Shown here: one piece after another, positions 47,399 to 57,464 of the stretch
Layout of the letters: every line of letters begins with the position of its first letter
How positions within the stretch are numbered: the stretch's first letter is position 1
Assembly (NCBI GenBank): GCA_028707125.1
Contig: JAQTUX010000001.1
Location: 269,639 to 333,638, forward strand
Reading direction: 5' to 3'
DNA length: 64,000 nucleotides
Source of the DNA: Candidatus Omnitrophota bacterium
GTDB taxonomy: Bacteria > Omnitrophota > Gorgyraeia > Gygaellales > JAQTUX01
Program-made: the position numbers and the translations under genes
Notes under the pieces: generated by a model
The model's input: the letters and a program-made list of their open reading frames with translations, nothing else
The model's database searches: none
Told to the model about the DNA's origin: nothing

Positions 47399-48378
47399 TG
47401 ACAGCCAAACCGTTAGTGTCTTTATTGATCGTCAATTACAACGGGCGGCAGCTTCTTCCCGCTTTATTTTCTTCCATTGAGCGCCTTGATTATCCCCGGG
47501 AAAGGCTGGAGGTTATTTTTGTGGACGATAATTCAAGCGACGCATCGGTCGCCTTTCTGCGCGATAAATACCCCGGCATAAAAATAATCGAGAACAGGAA
47601 GAAGCTGGGCCCGGCCGGAGCAAGGAACGCGGGCATGCTTCGGGCGCGGGGAGAGTTTGTGGCCACGCTGGATAACGATGTGGTCCTTGACCCTGGCTGG
47701 CTGAAGCCGCTGGTGGAATTCATGCAAGGCGACGCGAACACGGGGGCCTGCGCTTCAAAACTGCTTTTTTATGACGATAAAGAGGTCATCAACGGAGCCG
47801 GAGGCATCGTGAACATATACGGCGACGGGATGGACAGAGGCATATTCCAGAAGGATTCAGGCCAGTATGATAAGCCCGAGCGGGTATTCTTTGCCTGTTC
47901 CGCGGCAATGCTGCTGCGCAGGAGCGTTATTGAGCGGATCGGCCTCTTTGACGGGGATTATTTTTATCTATATGAAGACCTGGATTATTGCTGGAGGATA
48001 AACCTGGCGGGATCCAAGGTCGTCTATGTCCCTTCCGCGGCCGCATACCACGGGTTTTCCCGGACGATGAAAAGGGATACCCTGCGGGTAAAATACCTCC
48101 TTGAGAAAAACCGGCTTACGACGCTCCTGAAAAATTACAGCTTATGGACGCTGGCGCGCCTTTCCGCGGGGCTGTTAAGGCACAGGTTTAGAAAGGCGTC
48201 TCTGCCCAGGGAGGGAGGGCATCCGGCCCTGGTCCTGTTCGCCGTCGGTTTAACCGCCTGGCTGTGGAATATCGCCAACGCGGGGCGGATCATTAAAAAG
48301 CGCTTATGGGTACAACGGCATGTGAGGAAGATAGGCGATCGCGAGATCGCCCGTCTAATGTGCGATGGAGCGATTTAA
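47398..48378 (+). CDS. Glycosyltransferase family 2
   Basis: VSLLIVNYNGRQLLPALFSSIERLDYPRERLEVIFVDDNSSDAS; LDNDVV; YLYEDLDYCWR. Confidence 0.8.
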   Translation: MTAKPLVSLLIVNYNGRQLLPALFSSIERLDYPRERLEVIFVDDNSSDASVAFLRDKYPGIKIIENRKKLGPAGARNAGMLRARGEFVATLDNDVVLDPGWLKPLVEFMQGDANTGACASKLLFYDDKEVINGAGGIVNIYGDGMDRGIFQKDSGQYDKPERVFFACSAAMLLRRSVIERIGLFDGDYFYLYEDLDYCWRINLAGSKVVYVPSAAAYHGFSRTMKRDTLRVKYLLEKNRLTTLLKNYSLWTLARLSAGLLRHRFRKASLPREGGHPALVLFAVGLTAWLWNIANAGRIIKKRLWVQRHVRKIGDREIARLMCDGAI

Positions 48379-49492
48379 GGACATAAAAGTAGCGATAGTC
48401 CACGATTATTTAAATCAATACGGCGGCGCGGAAAGATGCCTGGAGATATTCCACCGGCTGTTTCCCCGCGCCCCGGTATTTACGCTGTTATACGACAAAG
48501 ACGCGCTTCCTCAATACAGGGATTGGGATATCAGGACGTCTTTTATCCAGGGCATCCCTTTTGCCGGGCGTTCATACAGGAATTTTATGTGGCTTTTTCC
48601 GCTGGCGATGAGGCGCCTTGACTTGAAGGGGTTTGACCTTATCTTGAGCAGTACTCACGCCTGGGGCAAGGGCATAAGGACAGGGCAGGGCAGCTGCCAC
48701 ATCTGTTTTTGCCTTACCCCCATAAGGTATTTCTGGGATCTATATGATGAGTACAGGCGCAATTACCACTTTAGCCCGCTTATGCGCCTGAGCCTGCCCT
48801 TGTTTGTCAACTCTATCCGCAGATGGGACCTTAAAATGTCGCGGCAGGTAGATTATTTTATCGCTATATCCAAGGTGGTATCCGGCAGGATACGCAGGTT
48901 CTATGCGAGAGAGTCATCTGTAATATACCCTTCTATTGACACCTCTTTTTTTTCCCCCTCCAACACCGGCGCAGACGGCGGCTATTATTTAAGCGTGTGC
49001 CGCCTGAAGGAATACAAGCGCGTGGACCTGATAGTAGAGGCGTTCAACCGCCTGAAATTGCCGCTGAAGGTCGCGGGCAGCGGGGAAATGGCCGCGAGAT
49101 TAAAAAGGAACGCCGGGCCCAATATAGAGTTTGTGGGCCCGGTGTACGGCAACGGCCTGCGCGATCTTTATCAGGGCTGCCGGGCGCTGGTCTTCGCCGC
49201 CAATGAGGACTTTGGGCTGGTGCCGCTTGAGGCCCAGGCCTGCGGACGGCCTGTGATCGCCTTTGCCGGGGGCGGGGCGCTGGAGACGGTTATTGAAGGG
49301 GTGACGGGCACGTTTTTCCGGGAGCAGGACGCGCGGTCGTTGATAGAGGCGGTTACCAGGTTCCAGCGGATGAGATTTGATGCCGCCGCGATACGCCGGA
49401 ATGCCGCGCGTTTTGACAACGCCAGATTTGAGACGGAATTCCTGGATTTTGTATATAAGCGGTACGAAGAATTCAACAGGGCAAAGGCATAG
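48365..49492 (+). CDS. Glycosyltransferase family 4
   Basis: KVAIVHDYLNQYGGAERCLE; EDFGLVPLEAQACGRPVIAFAGGGALETV. Confidence 0.8.
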   Translation: MERFKDIKVAIVHDYLNQYGGAERCLEIFHRLFPRAPVFTLLYDKDALPQYRDWDIRTSFIQGIPFAGRSYRNFMWLFPLAMRRLDLKGFDLILSSTHAWGKGIRTGQGSCHICFCLTPIRYFWDLYDEYRRNYHFSPLMRLSLPLFVNSIRRWDLKMSRQVDYFIAISKVVSGRIRRFYARESSVIYPSIDTSFFSPSNTGADGGYYLSVCRLKEYKRVDLIVEAFNRLKLPLKVAGSGEMAARLKRNAGPNIEFVGPVYGNGLRDLYQGCRALVFAANEDFGLVPLEAQACGRPVIAFAGGGALETVIEGVTGTFFREQDARSLIEAVTRFQRMRFDAAAIRRNAARFDNARFETEFLDFVYKRYEEFNRAKA

Positions 49493-49494
49493 CG

Positions 49495-50121
49495 ATGCGA
49501 AGGCCATATCTATTGATCAAAAGATCCGCCGATATAATCGCCGCCTCAGTGCTCCTGTTGCTGTTTTCCCCGTTATTTATAATACTGGGCCTGTTGATCG
49601 GCATGGATTCCGGCGCCCCTGTTTTTTTCAGGCAGACGAGGATAGGCAGGAACGGACGGAGGTTTAACATCTATAAATTCAGGACAATGCGCGAAGGCGC
49701 GGACAGATCGCAGGATCAATATGCCGATCTTAATGAATGGCCGCGGCCTTTATTCAAGGTCCGCAATGACCCGCGCCTTACCCGCATAGGCGCGCTCTTG
49801 CGCGACACGAATTTAGACGAGCTGCCGCAGCTGCTCAATGTTTTAAAGGGCGATATGAGCCTTATCGGGCCCCGCCCCTTTCAGGCAAACGAGGTGGATC
49901 TTTCCGACCGGCGGCAGCGCGGGCGCCTGGAGATCCTGCCCGGCATGGTCTCGCTGTGGCACGTGTCGGGCCAATACAGGCAGGGTATGAGTTTTGACGA
50001 GTGGATGGAGAGCGACCTGCGCTACGCAAGGGATATTTCTTTGTTTCTGGACGCGCAGATCCTGTTGAGGACTATCAGGATGTTAGGCCGGCACATTATT
50101 TTGAAGTTTTCCCTACGCTGA
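49495..50121 (+). CDS. Undecaprenyl-phosphate sugar phosphotransferase (bacterial sugar transferase, WbaP C-terminal-domain type; initiating enzyme)
   Basis: [57 protein letters not shown]; [21 protein letters not shown]. Confidence 0.8.
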   Translation: MRRPYLLIKRSADIIAASVLLLLFSPLFIILGLLIGMDSGAPVFFRQTRIGRNGRRFNIYKFRTMREGADRSQDQYADLNEWPRPLFKVRNDPRLTRIGALLRDTNLDELPQLLNVLKGDMSLIGPRPFQANEVDLSDRRQRGRLEILPGMVSLWHVSGQYRQGMSFDEWMESDLRYARDISLFLDAQILLRTIRMLGRHIILKFSLR

Positions 50122-50134
50122 TAATCAACACATT

Positions 50135-51283
50135 ATGATAAGCAGGGCTTGGAAGGTATTTTTATTGCTGTTGGGCGTAAAGGCCCTTACTCTAGGGCAG
50201 AAATGCGTCATCCCCGCCGTATACGCGATGGAGAAGATCCATCTTAGCAAGCCCGGAGAACGCAAGGTCCTTTCATCCGATGTTGCCGTAGTCAAAGGCA
50301 TGGATATAGGCGCCTTGACCAGGCGCGCGATAGACCTGATCGGCGGCATGAAGTCAATAGTCAGGAAGGGGGACAAGGTCTTCATAAAACCGAATTATGT
50401 CACAGGGGGCCTCGACGGGCACGACCCCGTGGCTGCAGGCGAGATAGCCCACCCGGCTGTGGTGGCGGCGGTTGCCGAGGAATGCGTAAAGGCGGGGGCC
50501 AGAGAGGTGGTCATCGGAGAATGGGTTGAGCGGCCGGTAGCGATAAACTTCGGCGGCAGGGAGGGCAGGGAAGGGGCGCAGGTAAAGCACAGGATAGACC
50601 TGCTGAACAAGAAATACGGGAATAAGATCTATCTTGTCAATCTGATGAACCGCACTTCGTATTTCAAGTATGTGCCTTCGCAGACCTCGCTCAGGTTCTT
50701 AGCCATACCTAACCTGGTCGCCGAGGCAGATGTGATTATTTCGATACCTTCCCTGAAGACGCATCATAAACCCTGCCCGGTCAGCTTGGGGATGAAGAAT
50801 TTTATGGGGATCATGCCTTCCATCTTTTACGGCGAGCCGCGCAGGAAACTCCATGAGGCGGGCGTACACCAGATCATCGTAGATATCAATAATGCGCTTA
50901 AACCTGACCTGGTTGTTGTTGACGGCAGCTTCGGCATGGAAGGCAGAGGGGCTTCTGTTTTTCTGGGAGGGGAACCGGTTGACGTCAGCAAGCGCATCGG
51001 AGGATACCTTGTGATCGCGGGCACGGATCCAGTTGCCACCGATGCCACGGCAACGCGTATTATATCCAGAAACTGGACGCCTGTTCCGGAAGCCGGCGTG
51101 CTGGGCGCGCCCTGGTATGTGCATCATATCAGGATGGCCCATGAACAGGGGTTAGGCAACATAGGCGCCGATCTCATAAATATCAAAGGGGACACTTCTC
51201 TGGAAGGCGTATCCATGAATTGGAAACAGTCGGATGACGGGGTGTATCCGGAAAGGCCGGGCGATAAATATGAAGCGTGGTAG
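50135..51283 (+). CDS. DUF362-family protein
   Basis: VAVVKGMDIGALTRRAIDLIGGMKSIVRKGDKVFIKPNYV...SLKTHH pattern typical of DUF362. Confidence 0.5.
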   Translation: MISRAWKVFLLLLGVKALTLGQKCVIPAVYAMEKIHLSKPGERKVLSSDVAVVKGMDIGALTRRAIDLIGGMKSIVRKGDKVFIKPNYVTGGLDGHDPVAAGEIAHPAVVAAVAEECVKAGAREVVIGEWVERPVAINFGGREGREGAQVKHRIDLLNKKYGNKIYLVNLMNRTSYFKYVPSQTSLRFLAIPNLVAEADVIISIPSLKTHHKPCPVSLGMKNFMGIMPSIFYGEPRRKLHEAGVHQIIVDINNALKPDLVVVDGSFGMEGRGASVFLGGEPVDVSKRIGGYLVIAGTDPVATDATATRIISRNWTPVPEAGVLGAPWYVHHIRMAHEQGLGNIGADLINIKGDTSLEGVSMNWKQSDDGVYPERPGDKYEAW

Positions 51284-52211
51284 AAGGGCCGGACTGGCCG
51301 TTCTTTTCGCGGCCGCCCTGTCCAATTGCCTTGTTTTCGCCGGCGATCGCGGGTTGGTCAGGCATGCCGTTGAGGCAAAGGGGGGCTGGGAAAGGGGGAT
51401 AGTCTTAAAAAGGGCGGTGTTGTTGACGGATAAGAACAACGCCGGCGCTGCCATAGATTTTGAAGTGCCTGTTGACGGAGATTATCAGCTTTACGCTTAT
51501 GTTTATCACAACTGGAGGAAGTATACGCCGTTCATTCATTTTGAAGCGCGGGATGCGGCAGGGGTTTTGCATGCCGGCTATATGTTTTTTGAGCATTGCT
51601 GGTATCTGGACAAAAGCCAGCCGGGCAGATGGCTGATGCATTCTCCCAACGCCATGCCGTTTTGGCGGCTGCCTAAGGGCAGGCTTTCCTTGCGTTTCCG
51701 GGCTACGGGCAGGGATTCCATGTGGGATCAGGATGATTCCGGAATGGAAGGCGTCATTGCTTTGGAGACATTGATATTGGTCCCGGTATCGGACGGCTTC
51801 TCCGCAAGCCCCATGGACCCGGAGTTCTTGCAGGGAGGGGCGCGGGATATGGTATATTCTGAAGACCACGGAACAGGGATAGCCGTGATCTCAGAAAACA
51901 AAGTTTCTTATCGGGGGATCAAGCTCCCGGTATCGGGAAACTACGCGGCGCTGTTCTCGCTCTATTCGCAGGGGCCCTATAAGCTTGAGGTGTCGTTCAG
52001 CAAAGGCGGAGTTGATCGGAACTTTATCATTGAAGATCAGGCCGCTTCATCTTTATGGCGAAACGCGGTCTCCGGCCAGTTTTATATCGAGGCCGGAGAT
52101 TATACCGTGGGGTTAAGAGATATGTCCGGATCAGCTGCCGGTAATGGAATGGCGGTCGACTACTTTATTCTTATGCCGTTGCCGAAGGAGGCGCATGGAG
52201 AGTTTGAATGA
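51270..52211 (+). CDS. Secreted protein with two tandem beta-sandwich (CBM-like) repeats, function unknown
   Basis: Signal peptide MKRGRRAGLAVLFAAALSNCLVFAG. Two related halves (DGDYQLYAYVYHNW... / SGNYAALFSLYSQG...EAGDYTVGL). Start set at the Met at 51270, shortly before the upstream stop (ORF track begins at 51234). Confidence 0.45.
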   Translation: MKRGRRAGLAVLFAAALSNCLVFAGDRGLVRHAVEAKGGWERGIVLKRAVLLTDKNNAGAAIDFEVPVDGDYQLYAYVYHNWRKYTPFIHFEARDAAGVLHAGYMFFEHCWYLDKSQPGRWLMHSPNAMPFWRLPKGRLSLRFRATGRDSMWDQDDSGMEGVIALETLILVPVSDGFSASPMDPEFLQGGARDMVYSEDHGTGIAVISENKVSYRGIKLPVSGNYAALFSLYSQGPYKLEVSFSKGGVDRNFIIEDQAASSLWRNAVSGQFYIEAGDYTVGLRDMSGSAAGNGMAVDYFILMPLPKEAHGEFE

Positions 52212-53067
52212 CCAGATCAGATCCATAAAGAAGCGTATGCGGGCAGTACCAGGTTTAGTTATAGATAACTTTGGCCTGTCTTCGCATCTTGGGAAGCGGC
52301 TTTCCCCGGGATGCCGCGCCTGCAAGGAGAACAAGTGGACGACCGTCTTTATCGGCAAGGCCTGTAATTGTTCATGCTATTTCTGCCCTCAGCCGCATAA
52401 AAAGCCGGCCCTGGGAAGCAGGGAAGATAATGACGGTATGATCAGCACAAGTTTCTCAAGGGAATCTTTTGAGCATCTTTTAGTTAAGCTGAAGAACGCG
52501 GCCCATAACGGCTCCATACGCGCGGTGGGATACTCCGGAGGCGACCCCCTTCTTTATGCCGAAAGGATTATTTATTTTGCCGGAGAATTAAACGACTCCG
52601 CCCCATCTTTATATCAATATATTGAAACCAATGCCAGATCGCTGAACAAGAAAATGGCAGGGGAACTTCGCGGCGCCGGCATCAAAGAAATACGCTTTAA
52701 TCTTGCCGCCACGGATTATTCTCCGTCGATAATAAAGAAGATGAAATACGCGAGGAAGGCCATGCCTTTTCTGACGGTTATCCTTCCGGCGTTAAGGCAG
52801 ACGCCAAAAATGATCGCGAGGCATATCGGAGAATTTATTGACATCGGGGTAGACCAGATCACTTTATGCGAGATGGTCGTCAACAGCAACAATGAACGCT
52901 ATTTCAAAGGCGAGTCCTTTTACAGTATGGGTAATGAAGAAAGGTATCCGATTTTCAGCAGGCATGTGATATACGACGTTATGAGCACCGCCGCTAAAGA
53001 GAAGTGGCCAATTACCATTAACGAATGCTCCGCCTTGAATCATCAGAAACCCGGCCCGCTGTTCTAA
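52195..53067 (+). CDS. Small radical SAM protein (activase-like), extra upstream CXXC
   Basis: GCRACKENKWTTVFIGKACNCSCYFCPQP (CX3CX2C preceded by CXXC); GYSGGDPLL. Start set at the Met at 52195, just before the upstream stop (ORF track begins at 52144). Confidence 0.6.
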   Translation: MESLNDQIRSIKKRMRAVPGLVIDNFGLSSHLGKRLSPGCRACKENKWTTVFIGKACNCSCYFCPQPHKKPALGSREDNDGMISTSFSRESFEHLLVKLKNAAHNGSIRAVGYSGGDPLLYAERIIYFAGELNDSAPSLYQYIETNARSLNKKMAGELRGAGIKEIRFNLAATDYSPSIIKKMKYARKAMPFLTVILPALRQTPKMIARHIGEFIDIGVDQITLCEMVVNSNNERYFKGESFYSMGNEERYPIFSRHVIYDVMSTAAKEKWPITINECSALNHQKPGPLF

Positions 53068-53085
53068 GGGCCCGACAGGACTAAC

Positions 53086-54105
53086 GTGATACAGATCAAG
53101 CCAGAGCGGATAAAACGGCTGCGCGCGACGCTAGACGATATTTCTTACGATGTTATAAGCAGAGATGTCGGAGAGGCAGCGGCACACCGGCTTCCGGAAA
53201 AGATCAAGGTATTTATCGATCTTTTTGTTTTGGGTTCAAGTATCAAGCCGCCCTTGGTAAAAAAGGCCCTGGGAAGACAGTCCTTTGAGGATCTGTCGCG
53301 CCTTGGCCTTATCAGCTCTGATAAAGAGCGCGTAAAGCCCAAATACAGGATAAGGTCGTTTAATAATTATTACTTTTTATATGAAAAAGGCAGCAACAGG
53401 CATATAGATTTCGTGTACCTGGATCAGGATTCTTTTCATCTGGCTGAAAACCTTCCCTATAATTTCAAAGCTAAAAACGCGCTTGACCTGTGCACGGGAA
53501 GCGGCATACAGGCGGTCCTTTTATCAAAAACAGCCGAACGCGTCACCGCGGTTGAACTGTCTTCCAGAACCGCGGAGGTGGCGCGGTTTAATATCATATT
53601 GAACGGGCTTTCAAAGAAAGTATCGGTATTGCAGGGTGACATATACGCCCCCGTGGGCAGGCGCAGGTTCGACCTTATCGTTTCCAACCCGCCCTTTATG
53701 CCTGTGCCCGACAATATAACCTATCCGCTTTGCGGCAGGGGAGGAGAAGACGGGCTGCTGGTCAGCCGAAGGATAATCGACTCGTTGGACAAACATTTGA
53801 CCAGAAAAGGCCTGGCGGTCTTCTTAAGCATTACCTTTGGCGACAGATACGCCCCGTTTATCCTTAAGAACCTTGAATCTGCCGCCAAGAGGGATGATTT
53901 TGACGTTGACCTCATTTTATTCAGGCGCACCCCAAAACACTCCGAGATATCGGGAAGGGCGGCCACCTTGCGTAAAGATAACGGCGTAAACCCGCTGGAT
54001 GAGATGAGGCGGATCTACAAACAGGCGGGCGCTGACCACATTTACGTGTATCTTGTGAAGATTAAAAGGGGCAGCGGCTCTGTGAGGGTCATAGACCTAT
54101 GTTGA
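53086..54105 (+). CDS. Class I SAM-dependent methyltransferase with NPPF motif (HemK/PrmC-like N5-Gln / N6-amino methyltransferase family)
   Basis: Motif I ALDLCTGSGIQAV; motif IV FDLIVSNPPFMPV. GTG start assumed. Confidence 0.65.
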   Translation: MIQIKPERIKRLRATLDDISYDVISRDVGEAAAHRLPEKIKVFIDLFVLGSSIKPPLVKKALGRQSFEDLSRLGLISSDKERVKPKYRIRSFNNYYFLYEKGSNRHIDFVYLDQDSFHLAENLPYNFKAKNALDLCTGSGIQAVLLSKTAERVTAVELSSRTAEVARFNIILNGLSKKVSVLQGDIYAPVGRRRFDLIVSNPPFMPVPDNITYPLCGRGGEDGLLVSRRIIDSLDKHLTRKGLAVFLSITFGDRYAPFILKNLESAAKRDDFDVDLILFRRTPKHSEISGRAATLRKDNGVNPLDEMRRIYKQAGADHIYVYLVKIKRGSGSVRVIDLC

Positions 54106-54153
54106 AAGTCCTTATGCTTCAGTTATCCGTAACCGGCAGCGTTGTTTGATTAA

Positions 54154-55731
54154 ATGAATAAGGTACCCTATACAAAATCAATGTTCATCAAAGACATGCT
54201 TTTAAGCCGGAGAAAGCTGGCGGTTTATATCCATATACCGTTTTGCCGGCGCAAATGCGCGTATTGTTATTTCTTTTCGCGCGCCGGATCAACCCTGTCC
54301 GAACGAGACAGCTATATCCGAAAGGTATGCGATGAGCTGCGCATTTACAGCGAGGTATTCCGGAGGCGGCGCGACAGCATAGCGGCGGTGTACATAGGGG
54401 GCGGCAGTCCTTCTTTGCTTAATAAGAGGCAATTGAGATCCCTGTTGTCCTGCATAGATGAGGTTATAAGGCCGGCAGAATTCCCTTCCGTTAAACAGCT
54501 CACTGTGGAGGTGAACCCCGAGATGTTCGCGCGGCGGGAATGTGAGGAAAAACTGGCTATAATGAAGTCGTATTCGGTCAACCGCCTTAGTTTTGGCGTC
54601 CAGGCCTTTAACAATGCCGTGCTCAGAAAGAATGGGTGCATTCACCGCCTGTCGCATATATACAATGCGGTCAATAAGGCAACGCTTAACGGATTCAGTT
54701 ACAATATTGACCTGATGTTCGGCCTGCCGGGAAGCGATTTTGGGTCGTGCATTGATACCATATTTTCCGCGATAGGCATACTGCCGCCCCATATTCAGCT
54801 CAACGCCCCCATTCATTACGTGCGCGGCAACAGGCCGTCCGGCCGCGTGCTTAGCCCCGTAGCGCAGGGCCTGCTGGCCATGATCGCCAGGATACTGTTG
54901 TTGAAGCTGCGTTATGGCCATAGCCCGTACCGTTATTTAACAGAGCTTTCGTTAAAGCGCGATGACCTGAATGTATTTTCGCATCTCCAATGGACGGGGT
55001 CTTCAGACGTGATAGGGATCGGTTCTTCCGCGCGGTCAGTGTATATTAAACGCAATATTATCGCGCGGAATACGGCCGATACCCGCAAGTATTGCATGAG
55101 CGATAGGGAATTTACTTTTGACAAGGCGAACTTCAATTATAAGCGGCTGCTGAAGCAGGGAGTTATAGAAGAATTCTTTAAGGAGAGATTGATAAAACCG
55201 CCCCTGCCCCTGCGCCGTTGCGGCAAGGTTATTATACGCAAAAAGAGCGCGGCCTATGTTCTGGCAGTTTTAAAAGGCATAGAAAGCGAGGTCAACGGCT
55301 TAAGTGACGCGGCATTTTTCCATTACCGTCAGGCCATGGATATTATACCCGGTAATTCTCTCGCGTACTTTTGTATGGCTGACCTGTTCCTGCTCGAAGG
55401 CAGGCCCGGCCCGGCCCTGGAATATATCAGCGGCTTTCCCCTGAATAATAACAGCGCGCGGATGCTTTCAATCCTGTTCTTGCTGGCGAAGAATGCCGGA
55501 GAGGAAAGATGCGTAAGGATACTGGCAAAGAAACTAAAGGATGACGGGGTGGAAATTAACGGGCTGGATATAAGGCATTATCACTATGCAGGCCTTCGCC
55601 CTCCGATAAAGCGCATGCGCCGGCTATTTAAGGAGTGCAGAGCGCTGGCGCGGATGTGCGGGATGACATTAGATTTTAAAGATCCCCTTAAAAGGGAGCA
55701 TGAGGGATTAAAACTTATTAAATCATTATGA
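54154..55731 (+). CDS. HemN-like radical SAM protein with C-terminal helical (TPR-like) extension
   Basis: LAVYIHIPFCRRKCAYCYF; AAVYIGGGSPSLL; LSFGVQAFN are HemN/HemW-family hallmarks. Extra ~170 aa C-terminal helical region (FFHYRQAMDIIPGNSLAYFCMADLFLLEGRPGPALEY). Confidence 0.7.
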   Translation: MNKVPYTKSMFIKDMLLSRRKLAVYIHIPFCRRKCAYCYFFSRAGSTLSERDSYIRKVCDELRIYSEVFRRRRDSIAAVYIGGGSPSLLNKRQLRSLLSCIDEVIRPAEFPSVKQLTVEVNPEMFARRECEEKLAIMKSYSVNRLSFGVQAFNNAVLRKNGCIHRLSHIYNAVNKATLNGFSYNIDLMFGLPGSDFGSCIDTIFSAIGILPPHIQLNAPIHYVRGNRPSGRVLSPVAQGLLAMIARILLLKLRYGHSPYRYLTELSLKRDDLNVFSHLQWTGSSDVIGIGSSARSVYIKRNIIARNTADTRKYCMSDREFTFDKANFNYKRLLKQGVIEEFFKERLIKPPLPLRRCGKVIIRKKSAAYVLAVLKGIESEVNGLSDAAFFHYRQAMDIIPGNSLAYFCMADLFLLEGRPGPALEYISGFPLNNNSARMLSILFLLAKNAGEERCVRILAKKLKDDGVEINGLDIRHYHYAGLRPPIKRMRRLFKECRALARMCGMTLDFKDPLKREHEGLKLIKSL

Positions 55732-57464
55732 GGGCCAATTCAAATAACCTGATACTTGCCTCCGCGCTGATATTGGTCGTTATCGTCCGTTTTCAAGGTT
55801 TGGGCAGCGGGCTTCCTTTTCAGTTTGTCAGGGGCGAACCCATAGGCTTTACGGCAGCGCGCGTGCGGGGGCTGGATATAAAGTCAATGCGGGGCCGGTA
55901 TCCCAATTTCCTGCCGATAAGCATAAAGATCGCCGAAGGCGTATTGAGCTATCTAAAGCTGGATAAGCCGATCCTCGCCGCTTATGGACTTTCGCCCCGG
56001 GAAGAAAAAACGTCATTTTTCCTTTCTCAGATAATCTGCCGTTTTTATTCGGCTTTGTTCGGGATAATGGGGATCATCGCTGTATTTCTATTTTCTAAAC
56101 GGTATTTGTCATACACCGTGGGGCTCATTGCCGCGTTTCTGCTTTGCGTTCACCCGCTCCACTTTTTTTACTCCCATTTTGACACGCCCCATATCACGCA
56201 GTCATTTTTTATAATCCTGACCGCCTTTGCCGGATATAACGCGCTGCGAAGAATGAGTGTTGTTAACTTTCTGGCACTCGGCCTGGTTTCCGGCCTGACG
56301 GCTTCAACGCTGCAAAACGGCCTTCTGACATTACCCTTTTTCTGCTGGTTGTTTTTTTATTCTCAGAAGGGCAGGGCCTTTTCCGGGAAGGATTGGCGCC
56401 TTCTTTTTGCAGCGCTGGCGGCCTTCGGCTTATGCGCCCGCATGGTGGGTTATTCATCCGCGTCCACAGGGGGAGATTCGCTTCGTTTCGGTTTTCTCAC
56501 GAGCCCGGATATGCCGGCAATCGTCTTGAATAACGCGCACGAGATATTTTTAAGGGAGTTTGGATTCAAAGGGTTCCGGTTTATGGGATACATCTTGATG
56601 CGCACAAGCCCGGTTATGCTGCTGTTCGCCGTTTTCGGCGGCGTTATGATATTGCTTGACAAAAAAAGGCTTAAGTCGTATCTGCCTTTATTTGTGCTTT
56701 ATGGTCTGTTCATATTCGCTCACGGGACATATAATATGACCACAGAGCGTTATTTTACCGAACCGCTGCCGCTTATGGCGTTGTTGGCGGCGGAGACGGT
56801 CATATTTTTAAAAGAGCGGATAGTCCAGCGTTTCCCCATGAGGCGCGGATGGCTGGCGGCGTCTGTGCTGGTGGTTTTTATCGCTGCCCCCATGTGCCTT
56901 AGGGATGCCGGCATAAATAATTTCCTGAAAAGCAAGAGCACATATACGTTGCTATACGAATGGATGGTGGATCAACGACGGTCATTCGAAGGCAAAAGGG
57001 TGCTTTTTCTGACGAATGTCGGCATGCAGAATGAATCCCTGTTCTTTAAGGCGGCAGACATTATTTTTACCCACAGTAATGTATTTTCCGGAGACAGGCA
57101 AGGTCTGCTTAAGGCGGCTGCCGGGCAAAAGATAGATTATATTATTACTTCAGAATCGTCGTGTTCCTTGCAGCTGCGTGAGGGGGCCTTTCAGCTTCTG
57201 CCGGAGTTTCCTGGATTCGCCAAAATGATAAAGACATTTAACCCCTTAAGGAAGGCGCCTGTTTCAGCCGTGCCCATTCTTGAGGAATGCAGGCAGCTCG
57301 CCTATGAGGAGCGGCTTTACGGCGTGACATTGAAGCAGGATTATTTGTGCTCGGCGATGTTTTTTAGCGCCCTGAGCTATAATATGCACCTGTATTACAG
57401 GCACGCGGAGCGCCCCGGGCCGATGCTTGCCGTGTACAGGGTAACAGCGGAAGATAATGATTAA
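55728..57464 (+). CDS. Polytopic GT-C fold glycosyltransferase, ArnT/PMT_2 (GT39/GT83-like) family
   Basis: About 12 TM helices. LLCVHPLHFFYSHFDTPHITQ resembles the ArnT/PMT_2 HPPLYY-type first-loop motif. Large C-terminal soluble domain. Confidence 0.5.
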   Translation: MRANSNNLILASALILVVIVRFQGLGSGLPFQFVRGEPIGFTAARVRGLDIKSMRGRYPNFLPISIKIAEGVLSYLKLDKPILAAYGLSPREEKTSFFLSQIICRFYSALFGIMGIIAVFLFSKRYLSYTVGLIAAFLLCVHPLHFFYSHFDTPHITQSFFIILTAFAGYNALRRMSVVNFLALGLVSGLTASTLQNGLLTLPFFCWLFFYSQKGRAFSGKDWRLLFAALAAFGLCARMVGYSSASTGGDSLRFGFLTSPDMPAIVLNNAHEIFLREFGFKGFRFMGYILMRTSPVMLLFAVFGGVMILLDKKRLKSYLPLFVLYGLFIFAHGTYNMTTERYFTEPLPLMALLAAETVIFLKERIVQRFPMRRGWLAASVLVVFIAAPMCLRDAGINNFLKSKSTYTLLYEWMVDQRRSFEGKRVLFLTNVGMQNESLFFKAADIIFTHSNVFSGDRQGLLKAAAGQKIDYIITSESSCSLQLREGAFQLLPEFPGFAKMIKTFNPLRKAPVSAVPILEECRQLAYEERLYGVTLKQDYLCSAMFFSALSYNMHLYYRHAERPGPMLAVYRVTAEDND

